Shown: piece after piece, positions 1 to 12,276 of the stretch
How positions within the stretch are numbered: position 1 is the stretch's first letter
Layout of the letters: every line of letters begins with the position of its first letter
Assembly (NCBI GenBank): GCA_001643675.2
Contig: LSRY02000006.1
Location: 744,001 to 808,000 of the forward strand
DNA from: Monocercomonoides exilis PA203
Taxonomy: Eukaryota; Protista; Preaxostyla
Direction: 5' to 3'
Length of the DNA stretch: 64,000 nucleotides
Translations under genes and position numbers: made by a program
The notes under the pieces: generated by a model
What the model saw: the letters and a program-made list of their open reading frames with translations, nothing else
The model's database searches: none
Told to the model about the DNA's origin: nothing

Positions 1-1254
1 TTGATTATTCTAATAATTGCGGTGATATTCATTGTTCGATGGAGAAAGCAAAAGAGAAGAACGGAAGAGTTGGAGATAATTGTGGAAGACACAGTGAAGA
101 AGGATCCGAAGGCGTTTGAGATGGTGACGATGGAGATGTCACCAGAGGAACAGTGGAGGAGAGCTGAGAGGGAAGCTGAAAAGAAAAATGATGAGAGGAT
201 GAAGAAGAGAATAAATGATACGAATATGCAGCACTCAGAGTCATCCGAGCATTTACTGAGTGAGAGTGGTTCCACAGAATATATCCTTGGAAGAGATTCA
301 GACAAGATCCCTCAATGGATTCTGGAGAAAGATGATTATGAGGAAACAAGGAAGAGAACTCCTTCTCCATCCATCTCATCCACTTCAACTACTGATTCAG
401 ATTCCACATTTGCTCGGAGAGAGGATCTGTGCCCAACCACCTCATCCATCTCGAACTTGGTGGATGCAATGGCCTGCTCATCTCCTCATGAGAAACTGAT
501 TGTTGATCTGAGGGATTCACTGTTCATGCTGCTTCATGGAAGGAACGAGAAGAAGGAGATGGCGATTGGCACTCTGCAGGAGAGGGAGCTGACAGCTGCT
601 CAGATCCTGTTCTGGGTGGCGAACGGTGCACTTCACTCATTTGATGAAATGGAAAATCCGCTCTCTTCTCTTGACAATCTGACTCCTCACATTGTGTTGT
701 TCTCCGAGCACATGGTCATTTGCTTTGTCATGCGCTCCGACTTCTCTTCTGATGATTCGGACTCATCATCTATCTCTTCATCAACTGTTGTGACGTCCGC
801 AAGTGATAATGATGATGATGATGACTCTCTTCCCTCGTCCGCGTTTGAGGATGAGGATGACTTCAAAAAAGAGTGCCTGAGGTGGAAGGCACCTGAGCTG
901 CTGATGAACAAGAAGATGGGTGCAACCAAGGAGTCGGTGGCATTTTCGATCGGGATGATGCTGTGGGAGTGTCTGACGCTCCAGATTCCGTTTGGTGATT
1001 ATGAGGCAGAGGTGGCAGGGCAGAAGATCGTGAATGGGGAGAGACTGGAACTGAGGAGCATTGAAACTTCTCAGTTTGTGCGAGTTGTGAAGTGCTGCGT
1101 GGCATGGAAAGCAGAAGACAGGCCATCACTGACTGAGCTTCGGAAGGAGTTTATCTGTTTTTTTCCAGCAGGTGCAACAATGCTGACGATCACAGATGCA
1201 ATCAGAATTGAGGAAGCGAGCAGTGAGAGCGAAGGATACACAAAAAACAAATGA
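1..1254 (+). CDS. 3' part (TM helix plus cytoplasmic pseudokinase) of a giant single-pass receptor-like protein; 5' end lies outside the window
   Basis: Hydrophobic stretch followed by RWRKQKRR stop-transfer, then kinase C-lobe remnants LRWKAPE, FSIGMMLWECLT-IPF, DRPSL. Highly similar to the tail of the 38558-47391 gene. Confidence 0.85.
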   Translation: MIILIIAVIFIVRWRKQKRRTEELEIIVEDTVKKDPKAFEMVTMEMSPEEQWRRAEREAEKKNDERMKKRINDTNMQHSESSEHLLSESGSTEYILGRDSDKIPQWILEKDDYEETRKRTPSPSISSTSTTDSDSTFARREDLCPTTSSISNLVDAMACSSPHEKLIVDLRDSLFMLLHGRNEKKEMAIGTLQERELTAAQILFWVANGALHSFDEMENPLSSLDNLTPHIVLFSEHMVICFVMRSDFSSDDSDSSSISSSTVVTSASDNDDDDDSLPSSAFEDEDDFKKECLRWKAPELLMNKKMGATKESVAFSIGMMLWECLTLQIPFGDYEAEVAGQKIVNGERLELRSIETSQFVRVVKCCVAWKAEDRPSLTELRKEFICFFPAGATMLTITDAIRIEEASSESEGYTKNK

Positions 1255-2060
1255 ACTGTGAAATCAAATGACTGGAGAGGTTGATGAGGGAAAGGGAAGG
1301 AATAGTAGATTTGACTGGGAAATGTTTTGTTGTTTTACAGAATATTAGTTAATGAATAGAGAAAGGGTTGTTCCGATAAAATGATAACAAGCAGTTTGTT
1401 CATCTGAACAAACATTATGTTTTGATTTATATATGTATGGATATGTTTAATATGCAGACTTTTGAATGTCTTTCTGCAATTTGCTTTTCAGAGAAGGTTT
1501 TGAAGTTGTGTTTTGTGAACCGAGTTTTGAATTTTGTTAAATGTGATGAGGTGTTTGATTGAATACACAACAGTTTTTCTATGAAAGAGTATTTTCAAAA
1601 AATATTTTGTTTAATTTTTGTGCTATAATCATTATATATTTTTATATATTCAGATTAGCATTTTTTTCAAATTTGAACTTATTGTATTTGTTGGCGAAAT
1701 GGAATAATTTCGAAGTGAAACTTTTCAGTTCAAAAAACACAATAAAAATGGGTCCATTTTTAGACAATTGTGAAATGTTGGAAAACTTTATATTTTTATT
1801 TCAACGATGCCTGTTTACGGATATGAAAATCAAATTTATTTTGAAATTTGAGTAAGCGAAATAAAGCTCTGAGTGAAACAATTTTTCAATGCCTTGTTCA
1901 AAAAATGCTTGAAAGACAGTAGTTTCCCCCATATATATCTAACCCTGTGATTAAATGCGATCGGTAATGAATGAAAATTTCATTAAAATGTTCTTGCACA
2001 CAAAAAAGTAATTATAACCGATGTTGAATATATTCGACGTAATTACATTTGATTTTGATA

Positions 2061-3205
2061 CACCAAAAATAATTCATAGTCGGTAAACTTTCAAATATAC
2101 CTCTGTGACCTGACAAAAAACTTGAAGCTTCGTCTGTCACAAAAAAAAAATTTTTTTTTTAAAAATTTCTATACAATAAACTATTGCTAAAACTTCCAAA
2201 GACTTTTCAAAGCACTACGGAAAAGATTTGTTGATAGCATCTGTAATATCTTGTCGATTTTTCTCTTTTGTCAGTGACCGTCAGTGACCGTCAGTGACTG
2301 TCAATGACAAATTGTGACAAAAATATTCCTCAACTGACATTTCGTGTCAAATAAAATAAATATTGGGTACTTGATCACACAAATAAATAAATTTGATTTT
2401 TTCAGAATAATAAGAATTGTTATATGTGGTTTTTCAAATTAATTATTATAGCAACGAAGAATCATGAAATCATTATAAATAACCCTTTTTGACAAATCAT
2501 AAATATCTTGTCAGTCATTTTGTCATTTTTTCAATTTTCTCTTGTCATATCACAGAGGTATATTTTCAAATGAAATCGAGAAACTTTCAAGCAAAGTCGA
2601 AAGTTCGAAAAACTTCAAATTTTCAAAAAGATGACAAAAATCAACAAAAGTTAAAAAAACACTGTGATTGTTAAAATATCAATGATATTTGTTATTCAAA
2701 TAATTTTTCATCTTTTTTCCGATATTTTTCTTTGCTTTCTTTTGTCCAATTACAAAATGAAAAAATATGAGAGAAATACTGACACATTTTGATCATATTT
2801 CAATTGAAAGAACACTGCTTTACAAAAGATTTGTGAATTAAATATATTTATATTTTTTCTCAATTAATGAAGAATGATGTACGCAATATTGGCTTTCTTA
2901 TTTCGCGTTTTTCATATCAAAAAACTCATTTCTTATGAAAGGCAACAAATGTTATAACTTTTGTTTGTTGTTTATTATTGAGTTTATTTTGGTTCGAAAT
3001 CTTCAAAATTTGCAGAAATCAACAACACAAACATTGCAGATAATATTTCCAAAAACAGAATAACATTGTTTTTCTTCAGTTGAATTCTCTCTATTTAACG
3101 TTTATTTTTTTTCTCAAAATTTCGTTTTGATTGAAAGTTATTCGACTTCGAATGAAAACTTTCGACTTTGAATGAAAGTTTTCCGACTTTGAATAATTTT
3201 TGGTG
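2061..3205. mobile_element. Non-autonomous TIR element (CACC...GGTG ends, TA flanks) with subterminal repeats
   Basis: Left end TA|CACCAAAAATAATTCATAGTCGGTAAACTTTCA; reverse complement of right end TA|CACCAAAAATTATTCAAAGTCGGAAAACTTTCA (3 mismatches in 33 bp). About 20-bp AAGTCG..AACTTTCA units repeat at 3121-3195 and 2565-2610. Confidence 0.8.
2098..2560. mobile_element. MITE nested inside the 2061-3205 element
   Basis: TA|TACCTCTGTGACCTGACAA at left and TTGTCATATCACAGAGGTA|TA at right. Interior is rich in TGACA/TGTCA motifs, with TCAGTGACCG tandem units at about 2271-2300. Confidence 0.78.
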
Positions 3206-3753
3206 TATTTATTTATTTATTGTTTTTCCATTATTTTTTTGTGTTTAGCTACATCACGTGTAATCACAATCAGATATAATCAAAAAAACTGTGTTAAGCT
3301 AAAGGTAATTGCATCGATTTTTGACTTTTCTTGCAACATAAAAGAAAAAATTATGTTCTGTTTTTTAACTTTTTCTTTTGATTTTTCAAATTCAACATGT
3401 CCAAATTTTTTTGGAAAGTTCCTTTTGTTTAATTTTCAAATAAAGAAAAATTATCATATTTCGATCAAATTTCTGTTTCCACTCACCAGATTTCATGAGA
3501 ATGAATATAATATCATCATCAAAAATTTGTTTCCATTACAGAAAAATTTGGTCTGTGTGAACAGAAATTTGAGAGCAATATGTAATTTTTATTCTATTTG
3601 TTAATTAAACAAAAGGAACATTTCAAAAATATTTTTTGACATAATTTAAGTGTGTATGTATTTGTTTTTTTCTTTCCCATAAATGTAATTTATTGAAAAG
3701 TCAGTTTAATTCAATTTTTTGGTTGAAAAAAAAAGTTCATTCAAACATTCAGC

Positions 3754-4074
3754 CAGTGTTTATAATGGTGAAAACTTTCAATAACCGTGAACAGTATCAT
3801 TATCTCAACAACCTTTGATGGTTTGATATCGTTTATATTCATTGTTAAACATTTTTTGTTTTCAAACTTATGTGACAGATAGATGTGAAATTACGTGCCT
3901 CACAAAAGATATTTTTTTTTAAATTGGAGAAAAAGTTGTTTCTTTTCATTTTGTCTTTAAGTTTGTATTTATTGAAGAAATAATTGGACTTATTGAACAA
4001 ATGGAACTGTCAACGGTAGTTGAGATAATCCAACTGTCCACAGTTATTGAAAGTATCTGCAATTATTGACACTA
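3754..4074. mobile_element. Degenerate MITE / long inverted repeat
   Basis: 3755-3827 (AGTGTTTATAATGGTGAAAACTTTCAATAACCGTGAACAGT...ATTATCTCAAC) pairs imperfectly with 4000-4073 (reverse complement AGTGTCAATAATTGCAGATACTTTCAATAACTGTGGACAGT...ATTATCTCAAC). No TSD recognised. Confidence 0.6.
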
Positions 4075-4758
4075 ACAATATTTCGATTTAGGCTAATAAA
4101 TAATTATATAGTTGATCAGAATATTTCGCAAAATTGTAATTGCTTTCATATTTTTTCTATTCAATGAAATTATATGAATAGAAATTGTAATTTGATCACG
4201 ATGAAAATTATTTATTTTTTTTTTTTTAATACAATAAAAATATACATTTCAAAAATAATTTGTCAAATAATCAATGAGCAATCATCCAGTCTTTGATCTG
4301 GGTTTATATTGAATTCACTTTTTGAATTTTTTAATCCATCAAGTTTTCATAAAAAATAATCATCATCGTTATGTTATTGATTATTATTAGAAAAACTTAC
4401 CATTATTTTTTCTTTTTTTATAAGAAAAATAGTTTTTGCAACTGAAGCTTTTTTCGTGGTGTTGATTTTTCAAAGATTTTATTTCTTTAAAGAATAATAA
4501 TTCACACACAAAAGAAAAAACATGACAATCGTTTCAAAATGACTATGTTTGAGAATATGATCATTATTGAATTATTTTTGAAAGGAATCAAAAAATTTCT
4601 GTATTTTCTTTTCAATTTTCAAAGTGGATTTTAAAACAGAAATTTCAGTTAGAGAAAATAGGGATTAGAAAATAATCACATATCTTTTTCCCCCATTATT
4701 TTGTACACTGTCGAGCACTTTACGACTTTTTAAAGAATCAAAAATGTGTTTCTAAATA

Positions 4759-7700
4759 TAGATTGTGTATAAAATACCGGACAACATTAACTATAAAGGG
4801 TTTGAGAATAATAATAACCTAATCAAACAAGCAGTGTCAAAATTCATTATGCTAATAAAATAAAATTGTTTTTCCTATTATTTCAATAATATTTAGATAT
4901 TGATCCCATTAAATCTTTATTGTTTTTTTTTTTTTTTTGCAATATATATTCGTGACAATTTTGCTTCAACTTTAATATATAAAAGGAGCTTTGCAAGGAA
5001 AAAATCATCGATTCACAAACAAATACGCACATACGAAAATTAAACTGTTTATTTTTTTTCTATTTGGAAAACGAAATTATGTCAAATAAAAAACAATAAA
5101 CAATAATACTAAATACTATATATTTTAACAGGGAAATGAATATCGACAAGTCTCTTCCTCATCACATTAACATTAACCTAAAAATCATCAAAAATGATTT
5201 TTGAAAAATAACTTCAAAAGTTTTGAAACAAAAAACAGGAATCAAAACGAAAATTTCTTTTCAATCAACAAAATCAATAAATCGAGTTCAATAACTCTAA
5301 GAAAAATATCAAAAGCATTGAAAACACATGAAAATATAACTAGATCAACAGTTTAAAACATCTATAAGAAAAAAGAAAATAAAACAAGAGTAAATGAGCA
5401 ACCGTATTTGTCTGAATATGGTTTGCTTGAAAGAACGATTCAAATATTGAATCCAAATATATTTATATTAATTGTGGAAAAGCCAAAGAGCCTAAAATTA
5501 TAAAGCATCCGGATTCACTAATAGAAACATTATTTGTAACAACGCAATCCATTAAACAAACCTTCAATTCATATATTTATTATTCACAATCGTTTTAACG
5601 TTAATTAAGTAATGAACGAAAATTTTCATGTGTGTGATATTTCAAGATCGTCATGCCATAAATCAAATTTCAAGAAATATAAAAAAATATTTGTTTGATT
5701 TTTGTTTTCAAAATGATTTTTTCTGATTATTCAACGATTCAGATTTTGAAAAATGTTAACAATTGTGTTGATAAATAATTGAAGAAAAGATAAATGGAGT
5801 TTTGAGCGACTAAATATGGACAATCCTCGATCAATTTTGAAAAACCAATAACAACTCGCCACTCAATCCGAAATCATATAATCATTCAACTCATTAGCTT
5901 CATTTTGAATTCTCCTTCACTCTCCACTATTTTCACATTTCCCTAGAGAAAAAAACTTCTGGATCACTGATTTCACATCTGAATTCATTACAGAGTCCAA
6001 TTCAACAATCTTCATTTAATTTTTGATTAAGGCAAATCATATTGTTCAACACTTTCCTCCAACAACACTCATCACGCAACTCTTCACGTGCAACTCGTAA
6101 TTTTGCCTGTTTGAATCGACAACAAATTTGACAGTTCTGTTAAAACTGGAAGGAACAACAATCCCAATGAACTTCTTATATGAATGTGATGATGATTTCA
6201 GAACACATTCTTGAGAGCCACTCACCTCCCTTTGACATTCGATCTGCAAAATAACATCAGTTTTTGCCTTCAAACTAATCCCGCTCACATCTGCACATCC
6301 GGTAACAGTCGATTTTGTACATAGAATAATCTCCTGTTTAATATTCAGCGTTCTCTTCAAACGCTCCATTCCATAATTCACACTCAAACAAGGTGCCTTT
6401 TCCAACCCACAATACATCTCTTCCGCTCCAGATTTCCCATCCACAAATACCTTGTCAGAAAAGCATCCATCCAGAAATATGAACAAGTCCACATCCCAAT
6501 CACAAAACATTTGCGTTCTATCATGTCCAACAATCGAATTATCTTTTTGAGTGATGCTTGTTATGAAGGCGAACATGGGCTCTTTCACAGAAGCTACAAA
6601 TGATTCACACACAAAATACACATCTCTTCCGACACTGGCCTTGTTGGCTGAAAACACGATATTGGTGATGGCAAAGGAGGATTCTGACACTTCTGAATCA
6701 TCCTTGTACTCGACCATGAGAGCATCGCCTCTTCCTCCAGAACTTGTATCCTCGCTCACAGATCAGCTGGAGAAGGCTGTGTCACTCACTGAAAATGTGT
6801 TGGCAGGGGCAGATGATGCGAATGAGATACACCCGCCATTGGTAGCAGTCTGTTGGCTCAACTGTTCTGAGTTGATGCTGGTCATGGTGCAGTTGGCGAG
6901 GGAGAGGACAGGAGACGCGAATGGCAAGCTTTGGATGAAATTAATTGAATAGTAGAATAGAAGAAAACAGAAGAAGAAATGATTTAAAAGAAGATAAAAA
7001 TACTCAATTGCTATCAAGTTCAATTTTTTCTGTTATTCAAAATTTATTTTCTATTTATGTTATTGTTTTAAAAAAAATGGATTTTTTTTTTCATGGAGCG
7101 AATTGTTATTTTTGGAATTATTCAAATATTTGTTTTTGTCTTTTCAATGAATAGAATCAGATTTGACAAATTTTTGTTTATCACTACAAACAAATAGTTT
7201 TTATGATATTCACTTTTTGAATAAATAGGACATCAGACTTTCACAAAGAATCGAGTTTATTTAGAAATTCTATTAAATGATAAAAAAAGATTGCAAAAAA
7301 AAAATTTAAAAATTTTAACAAGGTTGTTAGAATTTGAAAAGAATGAACCAATACGCGAAACATCTTTAAATCGATTTGAAAACATTCCCTTTTAAAGAAT
7401 ATTCTTTATTTTTTGTGAGTTTTTCAATTGGTTGTCAAATGCAATATTCACCTCAAAGAAGAACAACCGCTCAACTTAATGAAACACCTTGCAAACTTCA
7501 TTCGATTCAGATCTTTATTCAACAAGAAAACATAAATAAATTCATGACTAAAAAATTTTGCATTCGATGCGAAGAAGTCCCAGGTTTTCACAGAGGAGGC
7601 TCAGTCATATTTTTCACTTCCATTTATGGTTGGGAATATTCATGAAGCTGCAAACATAAAACATCATTAATCTTTTCTCGAGAAGCAAATTCATAACTGT

Positions 7701-8040
7701 TATTGTTGTTGTTTAACATCGGAATTGCTTCTTTTTGTTTGTTTTTATTGAAAATGTTGCTTCTGCAATAATTAACATTGCATGTTTGAGTTTTCAATTA
7801 AAACTCTTTTCTTCCACAAACAAATTTCATTGTTTTTTTGATAGCAATATTTTTTATCATCCCATAAAAAGAATATATTTCTAACTTCTTGAAATATTCT
7901 TAGAATGAATGTTAAATTTAACAAATTTATGATACACAAAATAATAAAACTAAAATCACAGATTCGTGGAAATGATCATACCATTTTTAAGTTTTTTGTC
8001 CGGTTTTTTTTGCGATGTCCGGTATTTTTTGCACAATCTA
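4759..8040. mobile_element. Non-autonomous TIR element with TA flanks enclosing a host gene fragment (Pack-like)
   Basis: Left end TA|TAGATTGTGTATAAAATACCGGACA; reverse complement of right end TA|TAGATTGTGCAAAAAATACCGGACA (23/25 identical). Shares the AAATACCGGACA motif with the MITE at 14318-14692. Confidence 0.68.
5780..6935 (-). pseudogene. Isolated ectodomain-module fragment of the giant receptor family
   Basis: ORFs 6763-7023 and 6046-6759 are in one frame, split by a single TGA. Motifs NGGCI, FSANKASVGRDVYFVC and VFVDGKSG..CGLEKAPCLSV match modules of the 38558-47391 protein. No signal peptide, TM helix or kinase part; boundaries approximate. Confidence 0.75.
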
Positions 8041-9715
8041 TAAATGGGGGAAAATATGGCACTTCAAGCGTTTTCAGAGAAAAAATTTGCAACTGAATAA
8101 AATATGAATTCAAAGCACAATTAATAAGTTTTCAGAACTTATATTTTAGAAAATTTTGACTTTGTAATAGAAAATAATAACAAATTTGGTTTCATGAATA
8201 TTTTTGTCCAAATAATTGTGAAAAATTATCCAAAACAAAGGTTCTGAAAAAACTTTTCATAAAACAATACATGCTAATGTCAATAACGACATTTCTCTAA
8301 GAATGCAACATAAAAATAGATTGTCAAATTAATAAAAGGAAGAGATTGTTTCACAATTGTCATTTTGGGTTATGGAAATATATAAAATTTCAATTTGAGA
8401 GCATCTATGATATTTTGGTGAATTCTTCGAATCAATTTATATTCTCGAAGAATAAAGATATAATAGTGAAATAGAAAAAAACATAAAAAAACAGACTTAT
8501 GCAATTTCAAAATCAGCAATGATAATCAGTTCCATATGGTCAATTCATCAACAAAAAGAAGTTAAAAATCGTGTTTAATATCTAAATGTGTTTGCTTTTT
8601 TTTTTGTGAATTAATTTGTTAACCTCTTGTTTTTGAAAAGAAAAATGAAAATATGAAAATTTTAATAATTTCATTTTGGAATTTTCGTATGGGAAAGTTA
8701 TCCAAATATTATTCTTTTGCTTTGCTGAGCAGAATATCAGAAGAAAGGTGGTTGCCAAGATACAATCAGCACATGTGGATTGCAATTTTTCGTATTCAAC
8801 TTGAACAGGGGATGAAAAATAAATTCGATTTCGAAGCATTTGGAAGAGAGCGAAATGGAATGACAACAATTGGACGGCTCTTGGATTGAAAAATGCAGAA
8901 ATAATTTTTTTGTGAGGAAAATGGATGATAACATAGAAAGAAGGATATTTAAGGAGAAAAAAGGATGTTGGAGAAAGGAGCACAGGAAAACAATGGAAAA
9001 GGAGAATGGCAACATTAATGATTGGACAATCTTCTGCATTTGCGAAAGAGATGGCAGGTGTGTTCTTTTGAGTATATTTTATAATCAATGCAAAACTAAT
9101 TATTTATCTATTTTTTGAATAATGTTTTTTCCAGACAACAGCATTTTTTATGTTGAACGTCATTCCTGGTGACAATCCATTTTAAGTTGCATTTTTGAGG
9201 ATAATATTGTTTCTTCTTCTTCTCTTTCGTTTTCTTCATAAATGAGATTTTTTTTATCATTTGGCGGATGAAAAGAACGTTTTCTTCGAATATGAGAATT
9301 TTTTGTTTGAATAGCCTTCAAATTGAAGTGTTTCAACAAGGAATGAGTTTGAAATCTTTTTTCATATTTCAACACTCAGAAAAATTCATTTTTTTCATTT
9401 TTTCTTCGATTGGATAAACTGAAATGTGTGCTTTCTCTCAAAGCAAATTGAATCTTATTTGTAATCACACCGAATTCAAACTCTGCCACTTTTGACTAGT
9501 TTTCTGGAAAGTAATTAGAATTCACTTTTTTCATTGTCATTTTTGGAATTCATTAAAACTTTCAAAATAGATGAGCACGATTGCAAATTTAAACAATGAG
9601 TCTTTTTCTTCGCCTTCTCCATTCAACAGCATTTGTTGAGTTCATATGGCTCATATCAATTCATTTTGTGGCAAACATCTTTTTTCTACTTCTAATTCAT
9701 TATAATCAACAAAAT

Positions 9716-9776
9716 CATCATCATCTTCTTCTTCTTCTTCATCTTCCTCTTCCTCTTCCTCTTCTTCTTCTTCTTA
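9716..9776. repeat. (TCA/TCT/TCC)n trinucleotide low-complexity tract
   Basis: Directly visible tandem triplets, not inside an intact gene. Confidence 0.7.
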
Positions 9777-10356
9777 CCAATTCTCGTCAACATATTCATT
9801 ATCTGATTGTTTCTCAATCATTTTCTGCACTTCTGTCTGGCCTGTACTCTGTTACAATCTTTTCCTCTAATGTCATTTAAATGGCTGTTTTCAAAGAATA
9901 TGAACAAAAAAAGCAATTTTTATTCTTTTTTTCTTCTTCACATCCCAATTCACCAAAATCATATCTTATCAGTGCAATATGGTCAAGTTCAGAGATGAAA
10001 GCAATCATTATTATGATTGTTGTCTTCAGGAAAAAACGGTGAAAATCAAATTTTTATTATCTATATGAAGAAGTGATAAATTTATATTCTTTAAAAAATG
10101 TCAATAATGAATTAATGAAAAAAGAACAAATTTGAGCTATTTTCAAAAGTGCTGCTTGAACAGTTGTTTATCTCTTTCAAATAAGAAATAACTAAAATAT
10201 TAATGAAATTCTTGTCTTTATTCACATTCGTTAAACCCATCAAAGATTTCTCTCCTCAAATGCACAATTTTCCTTGTCGCCACACTCAGCTTTTCCGCAA
10301 ATCTATTCATTTCATTCTTTCATTTGTTTCTGTCTTCTCGTTTTTTTTTTCATCTC

Positions 10357-11892
10357 TCATTTCCTGGTTCTGTTTTCCAAATACAACAATTCCCCATCTA
10401 ATGCCAAACTCATAATTCCATACCCTTCTCTTCTCTTCTCTCTCCTCCCAAACAGCCTCTCCCAAATAAACGTGATGCTTATCTTCCCGTCCGGCTGAAT
10501 CATCTTTTCCAAATCCGGCTTCTTTTCAATCCGCTCCCGCTCTGTACGCAGCTCCACCAGCACCTCCGTAACCGTCATTGCCACCAGATAGTCACTCCAG
10601 CTCCCACACGAAATTTCGCCAACAAGCCTCAAAAACCTCAAATGCAGAGATTCCTCATACAAAATATGCTCTTCCTTCTTTCTCCAAATCAATAGAGCTG
10701 CACTTTCCCCCTTGTTCCTCATTTGTTGCCAAACCTTTCTTCGACATTTCCACCTGTTCAATATCTTTCCCCATACCCTCTGAACTTCTATCTGAAGTTA
10801 TGCCCAAAGATCCATCTGCTGCTTCTTCTTCTGCTCACGAAATCTTTTGTTGGATACCATCAGCTGACGAAGTGCTGCACACTTCAGCACATAATGATGC
10901 AACTTGTCTGCATCCGCCCCCGCCTTCACAAAACTTTGCCGAACAAACCCAAGCGCCTCCACAACCAGCGGTACCATCGCTTCTTCCAGCTTCCCCTGAT
11001 TTTCTTAGATTCTCTCCACAAACTCTCTGTGCGCTGTCAAATACCTGCCTTTCTCCTCATTCCCATCACCTCCCTCTCTCTCTCCATCATCTTTTCCCTT
11101 TTCTTCTCCCTCTTCTTCTCCCTCTTTGCCTCTCCTTTCTCCTTCCTCTGCTTCTTCCCGCTCCTCCAGCACAGCCAGCGCAATCGCTTCTGGTGACAGA
11201 ACCACATCTTCCATCCTCAGCCAAACGGCCTCCATTCCATTCTCCACAATCTCCCTCACTTCATACACTGCAACCCTTTGCTCCATCACTTCGTCATCCA
11301 GCTTCACAACCACACGCCTCGACTGTTGCGATCACCATATTTGCAGTGAAGGGTCAAACAGATCGCAGATCGACATGAACGAATTCGCATCTGCCGCTGA
11401 AAAAATCCGCTTGCTCCCCGACTTCGTGCCCTCCGACACCACAAGAGACTGAAGCTGCGCCACCAGCGGAACAGAAAGCATCGCCGAAAGCGCTTCATCG
11501 TACGCACACACAACACCCACATGCAGCACCCCCCGCCGAGCCACAACATATCCACGCTGCGTTTGCAGCTCCCGCAGCGACAGCAGCAGCTGCTACAGCT
11601 GCATGTGCCGCACATACACCTCAGCCGCCTTTGGCACCATAATCCGCAGCCGACTCTCGATGTCATCCACTGCTGCTGCAAACGCGTTTGATGCTGCGAC
11701 AAATATCTCAGAAAGGCCAATCGCAGTGGATGATGATGAAAAAAATGAAAAATTTGAAGATTCCAAAAGAAGAGACGATTGATGAGATATATTTTCTGCT
11801 AGACTTTTTTTAAGATAAGCCTTCGAATCCAACAGAAGCACAACCAATAGCATAAGTGCTATATCAACACAAGGATAAGAAAGGCGAACCAA
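10357..11892 (-). pseudogene. Disabled ~500-codon helical/Glu-rich gene of unknown function
   Basis: Four minus-strand ORFs (11593-11892, 11332-11544, 11005-11313, 10357-10761) lie in the same frame, separated by in-frame TAG/TGA/TAA stops. Exon-like GC content. Confidence 0.55.
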
Positions 11893-12276
11893 CCAAAAAT
11901 ACTCTCCTTAATCTGCGAAAGCGCAAATGGAACAGTGGTTTTTCAGGTTAAATGTTGAAATGAAAAGAGGTTGAGTTGGTAATGAAGGAATTACCGTTTG
12001 GCACCAACACCACATGAATCAAATGACAGTGAAATGAAAAGATCAATCACCGAAACAGAGAATGCAGTGATCGTTGCTTTCTTCCCATTCTGGTGATACT
12101 GGAAAAATAAACTTACATTTTATCTCGTTTCACATTTCTTTGCTTAATTATTGGGACACAGGTTATTGTGCGAAATATTTTGATAGATCATATCCAACTA
12201 ATTATTCATTTTTGCGCTTTAACATAATTTCCTGACTTTTTGAATTTTTTGTGACAAATAAAAGTGAAAATTAGTT

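Noticed and set aside
1559-3604. AT-rich ORFs (1559-1855, 2489-2674, 3200-3604) and similar F/I/K-rich ORFs elsewhere
   Set aside because: Non-ATG starts, composition typical of non-coding AT-rich DNA, and overlap with TIR elements.
8930-9060. KEGYLRRK...GKQWKRR, resembling the start of a PH domain
   Set aside because: Too short, no intact frame or remaining PH strands; at most a decayed fragment.
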